In this document: piece by piece, positions 11,385-21,065 of the stretch
Numbering within the stretch: position 1 is the first letter of the stretch
How the letters are laid out: each line of letters starts with the position of its first letter
NCBI GenBank assembly: GCA_044222245.1
Contig: JBGANQ010000054.1
Span: forward strand, 813-64,812
Reading direction: 5' to 3'
Length of the DNA stretch: 64,000 nt
Origin: Polyangia bacterium
GTDB taxonomy: Bacteria; Myxococcota_A; Polyangia; Palsa-1104; JAEUJZ01
Program-made: the position numbers and the translations under genes
Notes under the pieces: model-generated
The model's input: the letters and a program-made list of their open reading frames with translations, nothing else
The model's database searches: none
Told to the model about the DNA's origin: nothing

Positions 11385-11470
11385 GCCGCCCGGCCGCGCG
11401 CGCCTGTCGCCGGGCAAGCCGACCGGTCGCCGGTGGCGGCGCGGGCGGCTAGCGATGCGGGGCTGAGCCG

Positions 11471-12553
11471 GTGATGGCGGTCTCGACGATCGGCGTGGAT
11501 CTGGGCCTGACCTATGCCCGCGCGGCGTGGGTGCAGGACGGAAAGCCGGTGATCCTCGAGACGCTGTCGGGGCAGCGCGCCCTGCCGGCGGTGGTCGGCA
11601 TCGATCGCAACGGGGCGCTGCACGTCGGCGAGAGCGCGCGCAACCAGCACCTCTTGTGGCCGGAGCGCACCGCGGGCCGGCTGCGACGCCTGCTCGGCAC
11701 CTCGCAGCGGGTGCTGCTTGATGACAAGAGCTTCTCCTGCCACGAGCTGTGCGCGGTGGTCCTGGCCCAGCTCAAGGAGAACGCCGAGCAGCGGCTCGGC
11801 CACCCCATAAGCGGCATCTCGCTGGCGCTGCCGACGCCGTTTACCCAGCTGCAGCGCCACGCTGCGGCCGACGCGGCGGCGCTGGCCGGCTTTCGCACCG
11901 TCAAGCTGGTGCTCGAGCCGCTGGCGATCGCCGCCGCCTACGGGCTGACCCCGCAGGAGCTGACCCCCGAGCAGCCGATCCTCATCTACGACGTCGGCGG
12001 CCGCGGCAGCGAGGTGGCGATCCTGCAGTCCGACGGCGCCGGCGAGTCGGCGGCCTGGGTCATGCGCGCCACCGCCGGCAGCTCGATCGGCGGCGAGGTC
12101 TGCGACCAGCGCATCGCCGCCCACCTCTGCCACCAGTTCGAGCGCGAGAGCGGCATGTCGCCGCTCACCAGCCGCAAGGCGCAGGCCCGGCTGCGCCTGC
12201 TCGCCGAGTGGGCCAAGTGCGAGCTGTCGCGCAGCGAGTCGATCACGGTGCGGCTGCCCGGCCTTATGACCTCGGTGCACGGCCCCGTCGACCTGCACAC
12301 CGAGCTGTCGCGCGAGCAGCTCGAGCTGCTCATCGAAGACGACGTCAAAAAGGGCCTGGACGCGATCGAGATCGCGCTGCGCGATGCGCGCCTGTCGGTC
12401 TCGCAGCTGCACGGGGTGCTCCTGTCGGGCGGTGGGGCGCTGCTGCCGCTGCTCGGTCGCCTGGTCAGCGAGCTCCTGGTCCTGCGACCGCTGCGCGGCC
12501 CGAGCCCCGAGCAGGCCATCGCCATCGGCGCCGCCTTGCTCGCCGCCCGCTGA
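11471..12553 (+). CDS. Hsp70/DnaK-family protein, nucleotide-binding domain only
   Basis: IGVDLGLTYARAAW...PAVVGID, then IYDVGGRGSEVAILQ and LLSGGGALLPLL, which are actin-fold phosphate and adenosine motifs. At 360 aa it has no substrate-binding domain. Confidence 0.8.
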   Translation: MMAVSTIGVDLGLTYARAAWVQDGKPVILETLSGQRALPAVVGIDRNGALHVGESARNQHLLWPERTAGRLRRLLGTSQRVLLDDKSFSCHELCAVVLAQLKENAEQRLGHPISGISLALPTPFTQLQRHAAADAAALAGFRTVKLVLEPLAIAAAYGLTPQELTPEQPILIYDVGGRGSEVAILQSDGAGESAAWVMRATAGSSIGGEVCDQRIAAHLCHQFERESGMSPLTSRKAQARLRLLAEWAKCELSRSESITVRLPGLMTSVHGPVDLHTELSREQLELLIEDDVKKGLDAIEIALRDARLSVSQLHGVLLSGGGALLPLLGRLVSELLVLRPLRGPSPEQAIAIGAALLAAR

Positions 12554-12710
12554 GCCGCGGCCCCTTGCCCGGGCTGCGCCGCCCGCGCGGGCCGCAGACC
12601 GCCAAGCCGGCCGTGGTCCGCGCGCCCCAGCTATTCGGCCCGCAGCGCGGTGATCGCGGCGGGGCGGCGCCTGCCTCAGGAGCGCGGATCGGACGACTGC
12701 AGGTGCGGGC

Positions 12711-13238
12711 TCAAGTGGTGGTGCAGCGAAAGCGGTGATCCGGGCCGCAGGTGCAGCGCTGAGTGCCGCCGTCCACAGCGGTGCCATCGCAGCTGGCGCA
12801 GCACGGGGCGCCGTCGCGCTGCCGCTCGGGCCGACAGTTTTCGTAGCCGTCGAGCGAGTCGCTGCCGCAGCAGACGCCGCTCTGCTCGGGCTGCAGGCAG
12901 TAGCAGCGTATCTGCCACTCCCAGGTGTCGAGGGTGCAGCCGTTGACCCGCTCGGTAGCGCAGCTGAACAGCGGCTCGGGGTATCCGTAGGGAACGAAGT
13001 TGCAGCTGTCACAGAGCCACTGCCCGCTGTTGCAGCTGCACCGGCTGGTCCCATCCGGCGAGGGGTAGCGGCATACAGTGCCGTCCTTTGCCCCAGCGCA
13101 GCTGCTGCGGCTGTCGGGGATCGCCGCCGGACAGCTGGCCGGCTGGGCGCCTCCGTCGCTGCCCGCGTCGCCCGGGTACGGCTTGGTGGCGCACGAAAAG
13201 AGGCCCACGAGAAGACCCAGTAGCACGGCTTTTTTCAT
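12711..13238 (-). CDS. Cysteine-rich lipoprotein
   Basis: MKKAVLLGLLVGLFSC lipobox, and about 20 further Cys in 160 aa. The ATG at 13236-13238 is chosen inside the longer track ORF. Confidence 0.7.
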   Translation of the reverse strand: MKKAVLLGLLVGLFSCATKPYPGDAGSDGGAQPASCPAAIPDSRSSCAGAKDGTVCRYPSPDGTSRCSCNSGQWLCDSCNFVPYGYPEPLFSCATERVNGCTLDTWEWQIRCYCLQPEQSGVCCGSDSLDGYENCRPERQRDGAPCCASCDGTAVDGGTQRCTCGPDHRFRCTTT

Positions 13239-13352
13239 CCTGACCCTCTTTAGCCAAGGTGGGCTTGGTGCAGAATCGACAGACCCTGAGCGCTGGCTCG
13301 GTGCCAGCATCGACCTGAATCATCCCCGGCGCAAGCTCGCGCGAGTCGCTTC

Positions 13353-14510
13353 CTAGAAGCGCCTCTGGTAGCCAATGGACAGCATCGGTCCCGGGATGCC
13401 GTAGGCGATGACCGGGAACAGCAGTCCGAAGCCGAAGTTTAGCGCCTTGTACCCGTGCTCGCTGCTGCCGAGCTGACGCTCGCCGCCAAACAGCAGATAG
13501 GGGCCAAAGAGATAGTAGGAGCCGCCGATGTCCATGTTGAAGCGCCACTTCTCCGCGGTCCTGGAGCTTATGTGAATCAGTCCGCCATAGGGAATCGGGA
13601 ACGTCGCGCTGGTCGAGCTCGGCTTGATGAAGCCCAGGTTCAGGGCGAACTCGACATAGGTGCGATCCAGGCGCCCGGCGCGGAAGAAGATGCCGGTCTG
13701 CGGCACGTAGATCGGGGACTCATTGCGAGAGCCGATGCTGGTCAGCACGCCCGCCCCGCCCGAGACGCCGATGGTGAACCGGCGGCTGCCGTAACCGAGG
13801 CGGACCTGGCCCTGCACGCCGACTAGCGGGAACACCAGCGCCACCGGTGCGAGCTCGGCGCCCAGCAGGAACCCAGACTTGAAGATGTGCTCATAGCCGA
13901 CATCGATGACCGCGCCGCCGGTGATGGTGAACAGGCTCCAGACCGGCCGGGCGTGGAAGTAGAAGCTGCTCTGCCCCTGCCAGACCGGCGGCGCATCGGC
14001 GGCGACGCGGAGCACGGGCCGCGGCGCGGGCGGCGGGACGGGCAGCTCCGGGGCGGGGGCCGGGCCCACGGCTGCAGCGCTGGAGGCGGCGAGCGACTGC
14101 TGGTACTTTCGCATGGCCAGCTCGGCGTAGCCCTGGGCTTCGACCCGCTCGGCCTGCGAGAACACCTCGCCCTGGGTCGCGACGAGCGAGCAGGCAGCCA
14201 GCGCGTCGCGGGGCTCGCCGCACTGGTGGTAGGCGCGGCAGAACCAGAGCACCTCGTGGGCGTGGCGCTGGCTTGGCTCCATGCCAGCCAGGGTCTGCAG
14301 CGCGGCGCCGCACTGGCCGGCGGCAAGTAGCCCCGGAACCACGCTCTCGGGGTCCAGGGCGCTGCCGCTGGTCAGCGGGGCGGCGGGCGGCGGGGTCGGG
14401 GCGGGCTCGTCGGCGCGGGCGGCCAGCGGCAGCAGGCCGACCAGCAGCCCGGCCAGCTTCAGGAACAGGCCACTTGGGCCAGGGACGCGGTGGGACTTAA
14501 GTGAGCTCAT
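13353..14510 (-). CDS. Putative outer-membrane beta-barrel protein
   Basis: Signal peptide (LKLAGLLVGLLPLAARA), alternating beta-strand-like C-terminal half, and a terminal ...YQRRF aromatic residue. Confidence 0.6.
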   Translation of the reverse strand: MSSLKSHRVPGPSGLFLKLAGLLVGLLPLAARADEPAPTPPPAAPLTSGSALDPESVVPGLLAAGQCGAALQTLAGMEPSQRHAHEVLWFCRAYHQCGEPRDALAACSLVATQGEVFSQAERVEAQGYAELAMRKYQQSLAASSAAAVGPAPAPELPVPPPAPRPVLRVAADAPPVWQGQSSFYFHARPVWSLFTITGGAVIDVGYEHIFKSGFLLGAELAPVALVFPLVGVQGQVRLGYGSRRFTIGVSGGAGVLTSIGSRNESPIYVPQTGIFFRAGRLDRTYVEFALNLGFIKPSSTSATFPIPYGGLIHISSRTAEKWRFNMDIGGSYYLFGPYLLFGGERQLGSSEHGYKALNFGFGLLFPVIAYGIPGPMLSIGYQRRF

Positions 14511-14705
14511 GGGCCTACCTACATAAGTTGGAAGTTGCAGGAGGGACCAAGCAACGACCGTGCTCAGCCGGTAAGCCGCAGAAACCTCAAGGCCAGGGCT
14601 CCCGAGCACCGCCGCAGCGACTGGACGATTTCGGCCACGCCCACCGGACCTGGAGCAAATCAGCCAGCGCCAAAGCAGGGCGAGTCTGGCGGGCGCGCCC
14701 GGCGG

Positions 14706-14773
14706 GGATGAGCAGCCAGGGGATGAGCAGCCGGGCAGAGCAGCCGGGCAGAGCAGCCGGGCAGATCAGCCGG
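14706..14773. repeat. Five tandem 13-14 bp units (GCAGAGCAGCCGG and variants)
   Basis: Read directly: ggatgagcagccag / ggatgagcagccgg / gcagagcagccgg / gcagagcagccgg / gcagatcagccgg. The repeats span the stop of the glycosyltransferase gene and the upstream region of the OMP gene. Confidence 0.7.
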
Positions 14774-16025
14774 GCGATGGGTGGTGCGGGCGCGCGGTGG
14801 GGGCGACGGGCGGTGCCGCGCCGCGTGCGGCCGGGGCGACGAGCGGCGGCTCATCGGCGAGCATGCAGCCGCCGCGGCCGATGCGGAAGCGGTGGCCGCG
14901 CCAGCTGATGCGGCGGGTGGTGAGCGCGCGGCCGAGCCCGAGCCACAAAAGGACCTCGGCGCTCAGGGCCTCGGCGGCCGCCGCCAGGGGTCCGCGGCCG
15001 AGCCCCTGAGTGCGCCGCAGCACGACGGTGAGCAGCATCCGCAGGCCCAGCAGCGCCGCGGCATAGAGCCACAAGGTCGACCGCCAGCACAGCGCCGCCG
15101 CGAGCAGCAGGGCGGGAGTGGGGGCCACGAACACCGGATAGGTCAGCAGCAGCAGCGGCCGCTGGCTGCGCACCACGGTCAGCCAGCGCGCCACCCGCGC
15201 CACCACCTCACCCAGCGAGCGGCCGCCATCGCGGCAGCGGGCGGGCTCGCGGCTTATCGCGATCTGGTAGTGGAGCGCGGTGAAGCGGCGCGCCAGCTCG
15301 TAGTCTTCGCCGAGGAAGTTGAGCAGCTCGCCAAAGCCGCCGGCGCGCAGCAGGGCCTGCCGGCGCAGCGCGCACAGCGCCCCGGCCATGCTCGGGACCC
15401 CGCCGAGCAGACCGTAGAGACCGTACAGGGCGAGGAAGTTCTGCGGCGAGCCGCCGACCAGCGCGGCCGAGACCCGATCCCACAGCGTCTGCGGCGCCGT
15501 CTCTACCGGCGAGGCGAAGGCGGCGGCGCGCTGCGGGTCGGCGGCCAGCGCCGCCACCAGCGCCGGCAGGTCGGCGTCGCCAAGCCGCACATCGCTGTCG
15601 ATGATGACCACGACTTCCTCGCTGCAGCCCTTTAGCCCCGCGACCAGCTGGGCGACCTTGCGGTTCTGCCGCGCCGCCGGGGCGGTCAGCACCACCGCAG
15701 CGGCCAGACCCTGGGCCGCTGCGGCCTGGGCGACCGCGGCGGCGACCGCATACGCCGGGTCGGCGCGGTCGGGGACCAGGAACAGCACCCGCCGCGGCCC
15801 GTCATACTGGGCGCGCAGCGAAGACCACAGGTTGAAGCTGAGGTCCGGCTCGGCGCCTTCGCAGGGGCGCAAAAGAGCAATGGGCGGCCACACGGGCGGC
15901 GGTGGCGGCGGCGGCCGACGGCGCAGGCGCCACACGCCGCCGAGCAGCAGCAGCGTAAAGAACAGGGCGGCGCAGACCCAGACGTGGGCCGCGGTCACCA
16001 GCACCTCGCCAAGGCGCGGCGTCAT
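14766..16025 (-). CDS. Membrane family-2 glycosyltransferase (carotenoid-cluster associated)
   Basis: An N-terminal TM helix, then VLFLVPDRADPA...VVVIIDSDVRLG (a D-x-D type motif) and C-terminal TM helices. Its ATG overlaps the crtC stop (ATGA). Confidence 0.75.
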   Translation of the reverse strand: MTPRLGEVLVTAAHVWVCAALFFTLLLLGGVWRLRRRPPPPPPPVWPPIALLRPCEGAEPDLSFNLWSSLRAQYDGPRRVLFLVPDRADPAYAVAAAVAQAAAAQGLAAAVVLTAPAARQNRKVAQLVAGLKGCSEEVVVIIDSDVRLGDADLPALVAALAADPQRAAAFASPVETAPQTLWDRVSAALVGGSPQNFLALYGLYGLLGGVPSMAGALCALRRQALLRAGGFGELLNFLGEDYELARRFTALHYQIAISREPARCRDGGRSLGEVVARVARWLTVVRSQRPLLLLTYPVFVAPTPALLLAAALCWRSTLWLYAAALLGLRMLLTVVLRRTQGLGRGPLAAAAEALSAEVLLWLGLGRALTTRRISWRGHRFRIGRGGCMLADEPPLVAPAARGAAPPVAPTARPHHPSPG

Positions 16026-17155
16026 CTTGCAGCTCCGGGCGCCGGGACCGAATCGAGGCAGCGGGTCTTGTAGCGCAGCAGGTACTGCAGCGAGCGCCGA
16101 CGGAACCGCTCCAGATCCAGGTACTCGCCGACGCCGTGGAAGGCGGTGGCGGGGTCGGCGTTCGGGGCGATGCGCACGGCAAAGCGCGCATAAAAAGGAG
16201 TGTCCTCCAGCGTCCCGCCGAGCAGGCGGCTGCAGGTATAAGGACCGGCGGTGAAGGCGCGGGGCACTGGCAGCCAGAACAGGTCGCGGGCGAGCTCGGT
16301 GAGCGCGCCTTGGGTCGGCGCGAGCTCGGCGCTCAGCACCTCGGGCGGGTGGGCGCTGTCGTGGTAGCGGACCCCCAGCTGGCGGCTGTGCCCGCTGCGG
16401 CGGACGGCGTTGTAGACGATGAGCGCCTCGCCCGCGGCGCCGGCGTCCCCGGCGGCGGGATGCGGCGCCGGGAAGCCGTGGGCCCAGCCCCAGTGGGAGA
16501 AGGTGTCCTCCAGGCGCCCGGAGCCGTAGTTGCGGTCGAGGTAGGCCAGGCCGGTGAACTCGATCGGCCGCTGGCCCAGCCGCAGCTCGACGGTGGCGGC
16601 GGCGCGCGGGGCGAGCGGCTGCCAGTAGTGGGCGGCGCCGTCCGCGCTCTCGCCAAGGCCCAGCGGCGGCGGTGGCGGCGGTGGCGGCGCCACCGTGATC
16701 CGCCCGCGCACGCGGGGGCCGCGGCGGCCGAAAAAGCGCGTGGTGTCTTCGTCCAGCTCGATGACGATCGCGCCCTCGGCGGGCAGGGCGATGGCGGTGT
16801 TGGCGACGCGCACGCCGTCGGCAGCGAGCGCCAGGGCGGCGCGCGGGTACTCGTTCATCACCCAGGCGCGGCGGCGGCTCGCGCCGGCACCGCCGGGGCG
16901 CTCGTAGAGCGAGAAGTTGACCGCCGGCACATCGAGCCCGCACAGCGCCTCGCCCGCCCGCAGCCGCGCCGCATAGCGCGGCGAGAACACCGAGCCGGCG
17001 AACACGATCAGCGTCAGGCCGAAGCGGCCCTTTTCGTCATGCACCTCGAGGTACCACCACGCGTAGCCGCCCACCGCGGCGGCAGCGGCGCGCGCCGCGG
17101 CGCACGGCGCGCCGGCGCGGGCGGGGGCAGGAGGCAGGGCCTGGGCAGGGGGCAA
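16022..17155 (-). CDS. crtC: Carotenoid 1,2-hydratase (hydroxyneurosporene synthase)
   Basis: WWYLEVHDEKGRFGLTLIVFAGSVFSPRY and YLDRNYGSGRLEDTFSHWGWAHG match CrtC blocks as I remember them. Confidence 0.75.
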   Translation of the reverse strand: MPPAQALPPAPARAGAPCAAARAAAAAVGGYAWWYLEVHDEKGRFGLTLIVFAGSVFSPRYAARLRAGEALCGLDVPAVNFSLYERPGGAGASRRRAWVMNEYPRAALALAADGVRVANTAIALPAEGAIVIELDEDTTRFFGRRGPRVRGRITVAPPPPPPPPLGLGESADGAAHYWQPLAPRAAATVELRLGQRPIEFTGLAYLDRNYGSGRLEDTFSHWGWAHGFPAPHPAAGDAGAAGEALIVYNAVRRSGHSRQLGVRYHDSAHPPEVLSAELAPTQGALTELARDLFWLPVPRAFTAGPYTCSRLLGGTLEDTPFYARFAVRIAPNADPATAFHGVGEYLDLERFRRRSLQYLLRYKTRCLDSVPAPGAAR

Positions 17156-17214
17156 AATGACGTCACCTCGAACCGGAGCGGCGCCCGCGAGCTGCAGGCA
17201 CCCGGACCCAGCGG

Positions 17215-19929
17215 CTATAGCGTGGAGACAGGATCGACATCCGCGGTCAGCCGCAGCGCCCGGGGGAGCTTAATCTGGAGCGCCGCCCGCAGCACGGCGC
17301 GCAGGGTGCGGCTCTGCGGGGCGCGGACGATCATCTGCCAGCGTGTGCGCCCCTTGAGCCGCGACAGCGGCGCCTCGGCTGGCCCGAGCAGCGACAGCGC
17401 GCCGGCGCTCCCGTCGCGGGTAAGGCGCTCGATGAGGCCGCGCACCGCCGCCGCCACCTCCTGGGCGGCGTCGCGCACTGCATATGGGTCGACGCCATCG
17501 ACGCGCAGCAGGCCCAGGCGGCAGTGGGGCGGGTAGCCGAGCTGCTCGCGGGCGTACAGCTCGGCCTGGGCGAAGGTCAGGTAGTCGTGCGTCGCCGCGG
17601 CGGTGACCGCCGGGTGGTCGGGGTTGTAGGTCTGGATGAGCACGCGGCCGGCGCGCCCCTGGCGGCCGGCGCGCCCGGCGACCTGGGCCAAGAGCTGGAA
17701 CGTCTTCTCGCTGGCGCGGAAGTCGGGCAGGCCCATGCCGGTGTCGGCCAGCACCACCCCGACCAGGGTGACGCCGGGGAAGTCGTGCCCCTTGGCGAGC
17801 ATCTGGGTGCCGATGAGCAGGTCGATCTCGCGCCGGTGCATCGCCGCCAGCACCTTGTGCAGGCCGCTGTGGCTGGCGGTGTCGCGGTCCAGGCGCGCCA
17901 CCCGCGCGGTGGGGAAGGTGGCGGCGATCTGCTCTTGCAGCTTCTCGGTGCCAAGGCCCAGGCGCTGGATGGACTTCTGCTGGCACAGCGGGCAGGTCTC
18001 GGGCACCGGCTCGTGCTGGCCGCAGTAGTGGCAGCACAGCTCGCCGGTCTCCTTGTGCCAGGTCAGGGTGACCGAGCAGTGCGGGCACTCCAGGCGGTGG
18101 CCGCAGCGCTGGCACAAAAGGAACGTGGCGTAGCCGCGGCGGTTGAGAAACAGGATCGCCTGCTCGCCGGCGGCCAGCGTCTCCTTGAGGGCGGTCTGCA
18201 GCGGCATCGACAGCAGCAGCCGATCCTCGGCGAACACATGCTGCTTCAGATCGATGACGGTGACGCTCGGCATGGGCACGCCGGTGGCGCGCTGCAACAG
18301 CGACAGCCGCTGCAGCTTGCCGCGGCGCACCAGCTCCATCGACTCCAGCGACGGGGTGGCCGAGCCGAGCACCGCCACCGCGCCGGCCTGCTGCGCCCGC
18401 AAAAGCGCCGTGTCGCGGCCGTGGTAGCGCACGCCGTCCTGCTGCTTGAACGAGCTGTCGTGCTCCTCATCGACGATGACCACCCCCAGGCGCGACAGCG
18501 GCGCGAACAGCGCCGAGCGCGGGCCGAGGGCAATGCGCACCTCGCCGTGCAAGAGCCGCCGCCAGGCGTCCGCCCGCTGGCCGGGGGTCAGCGCCGAGTG
18601 CAGCACCGCCACGTCGCGGCCAAAGCGCGCCATGAAGCGCGCCGACAGCTGCGGGGTGAGCGCGATCTCGGGCACCAGCACCAGCGCGGTGCGGCCGGCC
18701 TGCAGCGCAGCATCGATGAGCTGCAGGTACAGCTCGGTCTTGCCCGAGCCGGTGACCCCGTGCAAAAGAAACCCCGAGTAGCCGGTGCTCGGCGCCGCCG
18801 GCGCGGCGTCCAGGCTCTTGCGCAGGCCGCCCAGGAGCGCGGTGAGGGCGCTCTGCTGCTCGGCGGTGAGCACCGGTGGCACGGCGCCGTCCGAGCCCGA
18901 CGGCGAGCCGACAGGCAGCGGCGGCGGCTCGCGCAGCACCGCCTGCTCCGTGCTGTGGCACAGGCCGGCGGCGGCCAGCTTGCGGGTGAGCAGGGTCGCG
19001 CTCGGCCAGCGCTCGCGCAGCTCTGAAAGGGGGGTCGGGCCGTGCTCGACCAGGTGCTGCCACAGCGCCGCCGCGGCCGGCGCCCGCTGCAGCTTCTTTT
19101 TCTGCTCCGCCGTCGCCGGCCCGGCCGTCGGGGTGATCCAGGTGGCGGTGCGCGGCGCGCTGCCCGAGCGGACCTCGCTGCGCAGCTCGACCAGGCCGGC
19201 GGCGGCCAGCCGGTGCAGCGCGGTCGCCGCCTCGCTGCGCGCCCGCCCGGGCGGGACGGTCGCGGCCCCCGCGGCCAGGACCTTGACCACCTGCTCGACC
19301 TTGGCGGCCCCGCCGCGGCCGGCACTGGCTACCTGGCGAAGGGCCCGCAGCGTCGCCAGCTCTTTGGTGGAGAGCTCTGCCGCCGCCGCCGGCAGCAGCG
19401 CCCCATCGAGCTCGGCGGCGAGAGCCTGGCCGGCGGCGGTGAGCCGGGCATGCTCGGCGACCTCGGCCTGCTCGCTGGCCGGCAGCAGCAGCCGCAGCGC
19501 CTCGCCGATCGGTGCCAGGTAGTAGTCGGCGATGAAGCGGATGAGCCCGAGCAGATCCGCCGGCACCGGCGGCCCCTGCACGACCTCGCCGACCTCTTTG
19601 AGGGCCCTCGGGGTTCCCGTCGCCCCGAGCTCACCCTGCGCCGCCGCCGCCGACAGCAGGCGCAGCACCACGCCCTCGATGTGGCGCTGCCCGCCAAAGG
19701 GCACCATCACCCGCGTGCCGACGCCGACCTGGGCCACCAGCGCCCGGGGCACGGCGTAGTGATAGGGACCGGGCGCCGGCGTCATCACCGCGACCTCGGC
19801 GACCTCGGCGACCGGGTCGAGCTCGGTCGCGGCGGGCCGGCGCTGCGCCTGGAGGTCGCGCCCGCTCGCCGCGGGACGGTCGCCGTCGCGGAAGCCAGGG
19901 AGCGTGGGCAGCGGAGCTTCGCTGTGCAT
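17215..19929 (-). CDS. priA: Primosomal protein N' (replication-restart helicase)
   Basis: Walker A GVTGSGKTELY, VIVDEEHDSSFKQ, and the Cys4 zinc module CQRCGHRLECPHCSVTLTWHKETGELCCHYCG. Confidence 0.95.
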   Translation of the reverse strand: MHSEAPLPTLPGFRDGDRPAASGRDLQAQRRPAATELDPVAEVAEVAVMTPAPGPYHYAVPRALVAQVGVGTRVMVPFGGQRHIEGVVLRLLSAAAAQGELGATGTPRALKEVGEVVQGPPVPADLLGLIRFIADYYLAPIGEALRLLLPASEQAEVAEHARLTAAGQALAAELDGALLPAAAAELSTKELATLRALRQVASAGRGGAAKVEQVVKVLAAGAATVPPGRARSEAATALHRLAAAGLVELRSEVRSGSAPRTATWITPTAGPATAEQKKKLQRAPAAAALWQHLVEHGPTPLSELRERWPSATLLTRKLAAAGLCHSTEQAVLREPPPLPVGSPSGSDGAVPPVLTAEQQSALTALLGGLRKSLDAAPAAPSTGYSGFLLHGVTGSGKTELYLQLIDAALQAGRTALVLVPEIALTPQLSARFMARFGRDVAVLHSALTPGQRADAWRRLLHGEVRIALGPRSALFAPLSRLGVVIVDEEHDSSFKQQDGVRYHGRDTALLRAQQAGAVAVLGSATPSLESMELVRRGKLQRLSLLQRATGVPMPSVTVIDLKQHVFAEDRLLLSMPLQTALKETLAAGEQAILFLNRRGYATFLLCQRCGHRLECPHCSVTLTWHKETGELCCHYCGQHEPVPETCPLCQQKSIQRLGLGTEKLQEQIAATFPTARVARLDRDTASHSGLHKVLAAMHRREIDLLIGTQMLAKGHDFPGVTLVGVVLADTGMGLPDFRASEKTFQLLAQVAGRAGRQGRAGRVLIQTYNPDHPAVTAAATHDYLTFAQAELYAREQLGYPPHCRLGLLRVDGVDPYAVRDAAQEVAAAVRGLIERLTRDGSAGALSLLGPAEAPLSRLKGRTRWQMIVRAPQSRTLRAVLRAALQIKLPRALRLTADVDPVSTL

Positions 19930-19939
19930 GCAGGTCGCC

Positions 19940-20977
19940 TCAGACGTAGTCGAGGACCATGTGCTCGTAGTGGCGGTAGATGCGCCAGCCGATCACCATC
20001 GCCAGCGCGGTGGGCAGCACCATCCCCGCCCAGCCGAGCGCGCTCGGCACCTCGCCGTGCATGATCGCCCGCCGCAGCGCGTTGAGGATCCCCGCCACCG
20101 GGTTTGCCTGCAGCAGCATGCGGTAGGGCTCGGGGATGACGTCCAGCGGGTAGACCAGCGGCGTCAGCCAGTACAAGATGAGCAGCGCGGTATTTACCAG
20201 GTACGACACGTCGCGATAGATGACGTTGAGCACCGAGGTCGCAAGGCCAATGCTCGCCATCAGCAAAAGCGCCAGCCCGAGGTACACCGGGATGAGCAAG
20301 AGCGCCCAGCTCAGGCAAAAGGCGCCCGGGAAGATCGGGATGAAGGCGAGCAGCACCAGCGACTCGAGGCAGAAGTTGATGCCGTAGGAGAGCACGGTGG
20401 ACACCGGCAATAGCGCCCGGGCAAACACGGTGCGCTTGATGATGTCGGCGTTGGCGACGAACACCCCGGTGGCGGTGGTGACCGCCGAGGTGAACCACTG
20501 CCAGACCAAAAGCCCGATGAGCAGGAAGATCGGAAAGTGCTTCTCGGCCGAGCGGAACACCTGGGTAAAGATGACGCTGATGATCGCCATCATCACCAGC
20601 GGGTTGAGGATCGACCAGATGATGCCCAGCGCCTGGGCGCGGTAGCGGGCGCGGAACTCGGTGCGGGTAAGGACCCACAGCACCTGCAGCGGGTGCTGGC
20701 GGTGGCTGGCCAGCGGCGCCGCGGTCTCGCGCTCGCTGAGGCGCGGCTCGGCGGCCGGCGGCGCGGCCAGCGCGGCCGTCGCAGTGGCGGCCTCCAGCGG
20801 GCCCTTGAAGACGCGGTGGGCGGTGCGGTGGGTCCACAGGGCGGGCAGCTTGCGGATCTCACGCGGGCGCTGGCGCCCGGCCGGCACCGACGGTCCAGAC
20901 GCCGCCAGGCCCTCTCCGGTTGTGGTCAGACCAGTTCCGGTCGCGGGGGCAGCAGCGGACGAAGCGAGGCTCGACAC
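19940..20977 (-). CDS. ABC-2 type exporter permease (TagG/KpsM-like)
   Basis: LTRTEFRARYRAQALGIIWSILNPLVMMAI followed by 6 TM segments. The start is placed at GTG 20975-20977, preceded by GAAGGAAGGAG. The longer track ORF would overlap the upstream gene. Confidence 0.7.
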   Translation of the reverse strand: MSSLASSAAAPATGTGLTTTGEGLAASGPSVPAGRQRPREIRKLPALWTHRTAHRVFKGPLEAATATAALAAPPAAEPRLSERETAAPLASHRQHPLQVLWVLTRTEFRARYRAQALGIIWSILNPLVMMAIISVIFTQVFRSAEKHFPIFLLIGLLVWQWFTSAVTTATGVFVANADIIKRTVFARALLPVSTVLSYGINFCLESLVLLAFIPIFPGAFCLSWALLLIPVYLGLALLLMASIGLATSVLNVIYRDVSYLVNTALLILYWLTPLVYPLDVIPEPYRMLLQANPVAGILNALRRAIMHGEVPSALGWAGMVLPTALAMVIGWRIYRHYEHMVLDYV

Positions 20978-21065
20978 AGGGACTCCTTCCTTCAGGCTGG
21001 ACTCGGCGCAGCCAGCAGGCAGGCTATTTAGCACGGGCGCGTCCCTGCGGCCCAGAAACAAACGG

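Noticed and set aside
14766-16943. 725-aa ORF
   Set aside because: The N-terminal 305 codons are an out-of-frame reading of crtC. The real glycosyltransferase starts at 16025, with an ATGA overlap.
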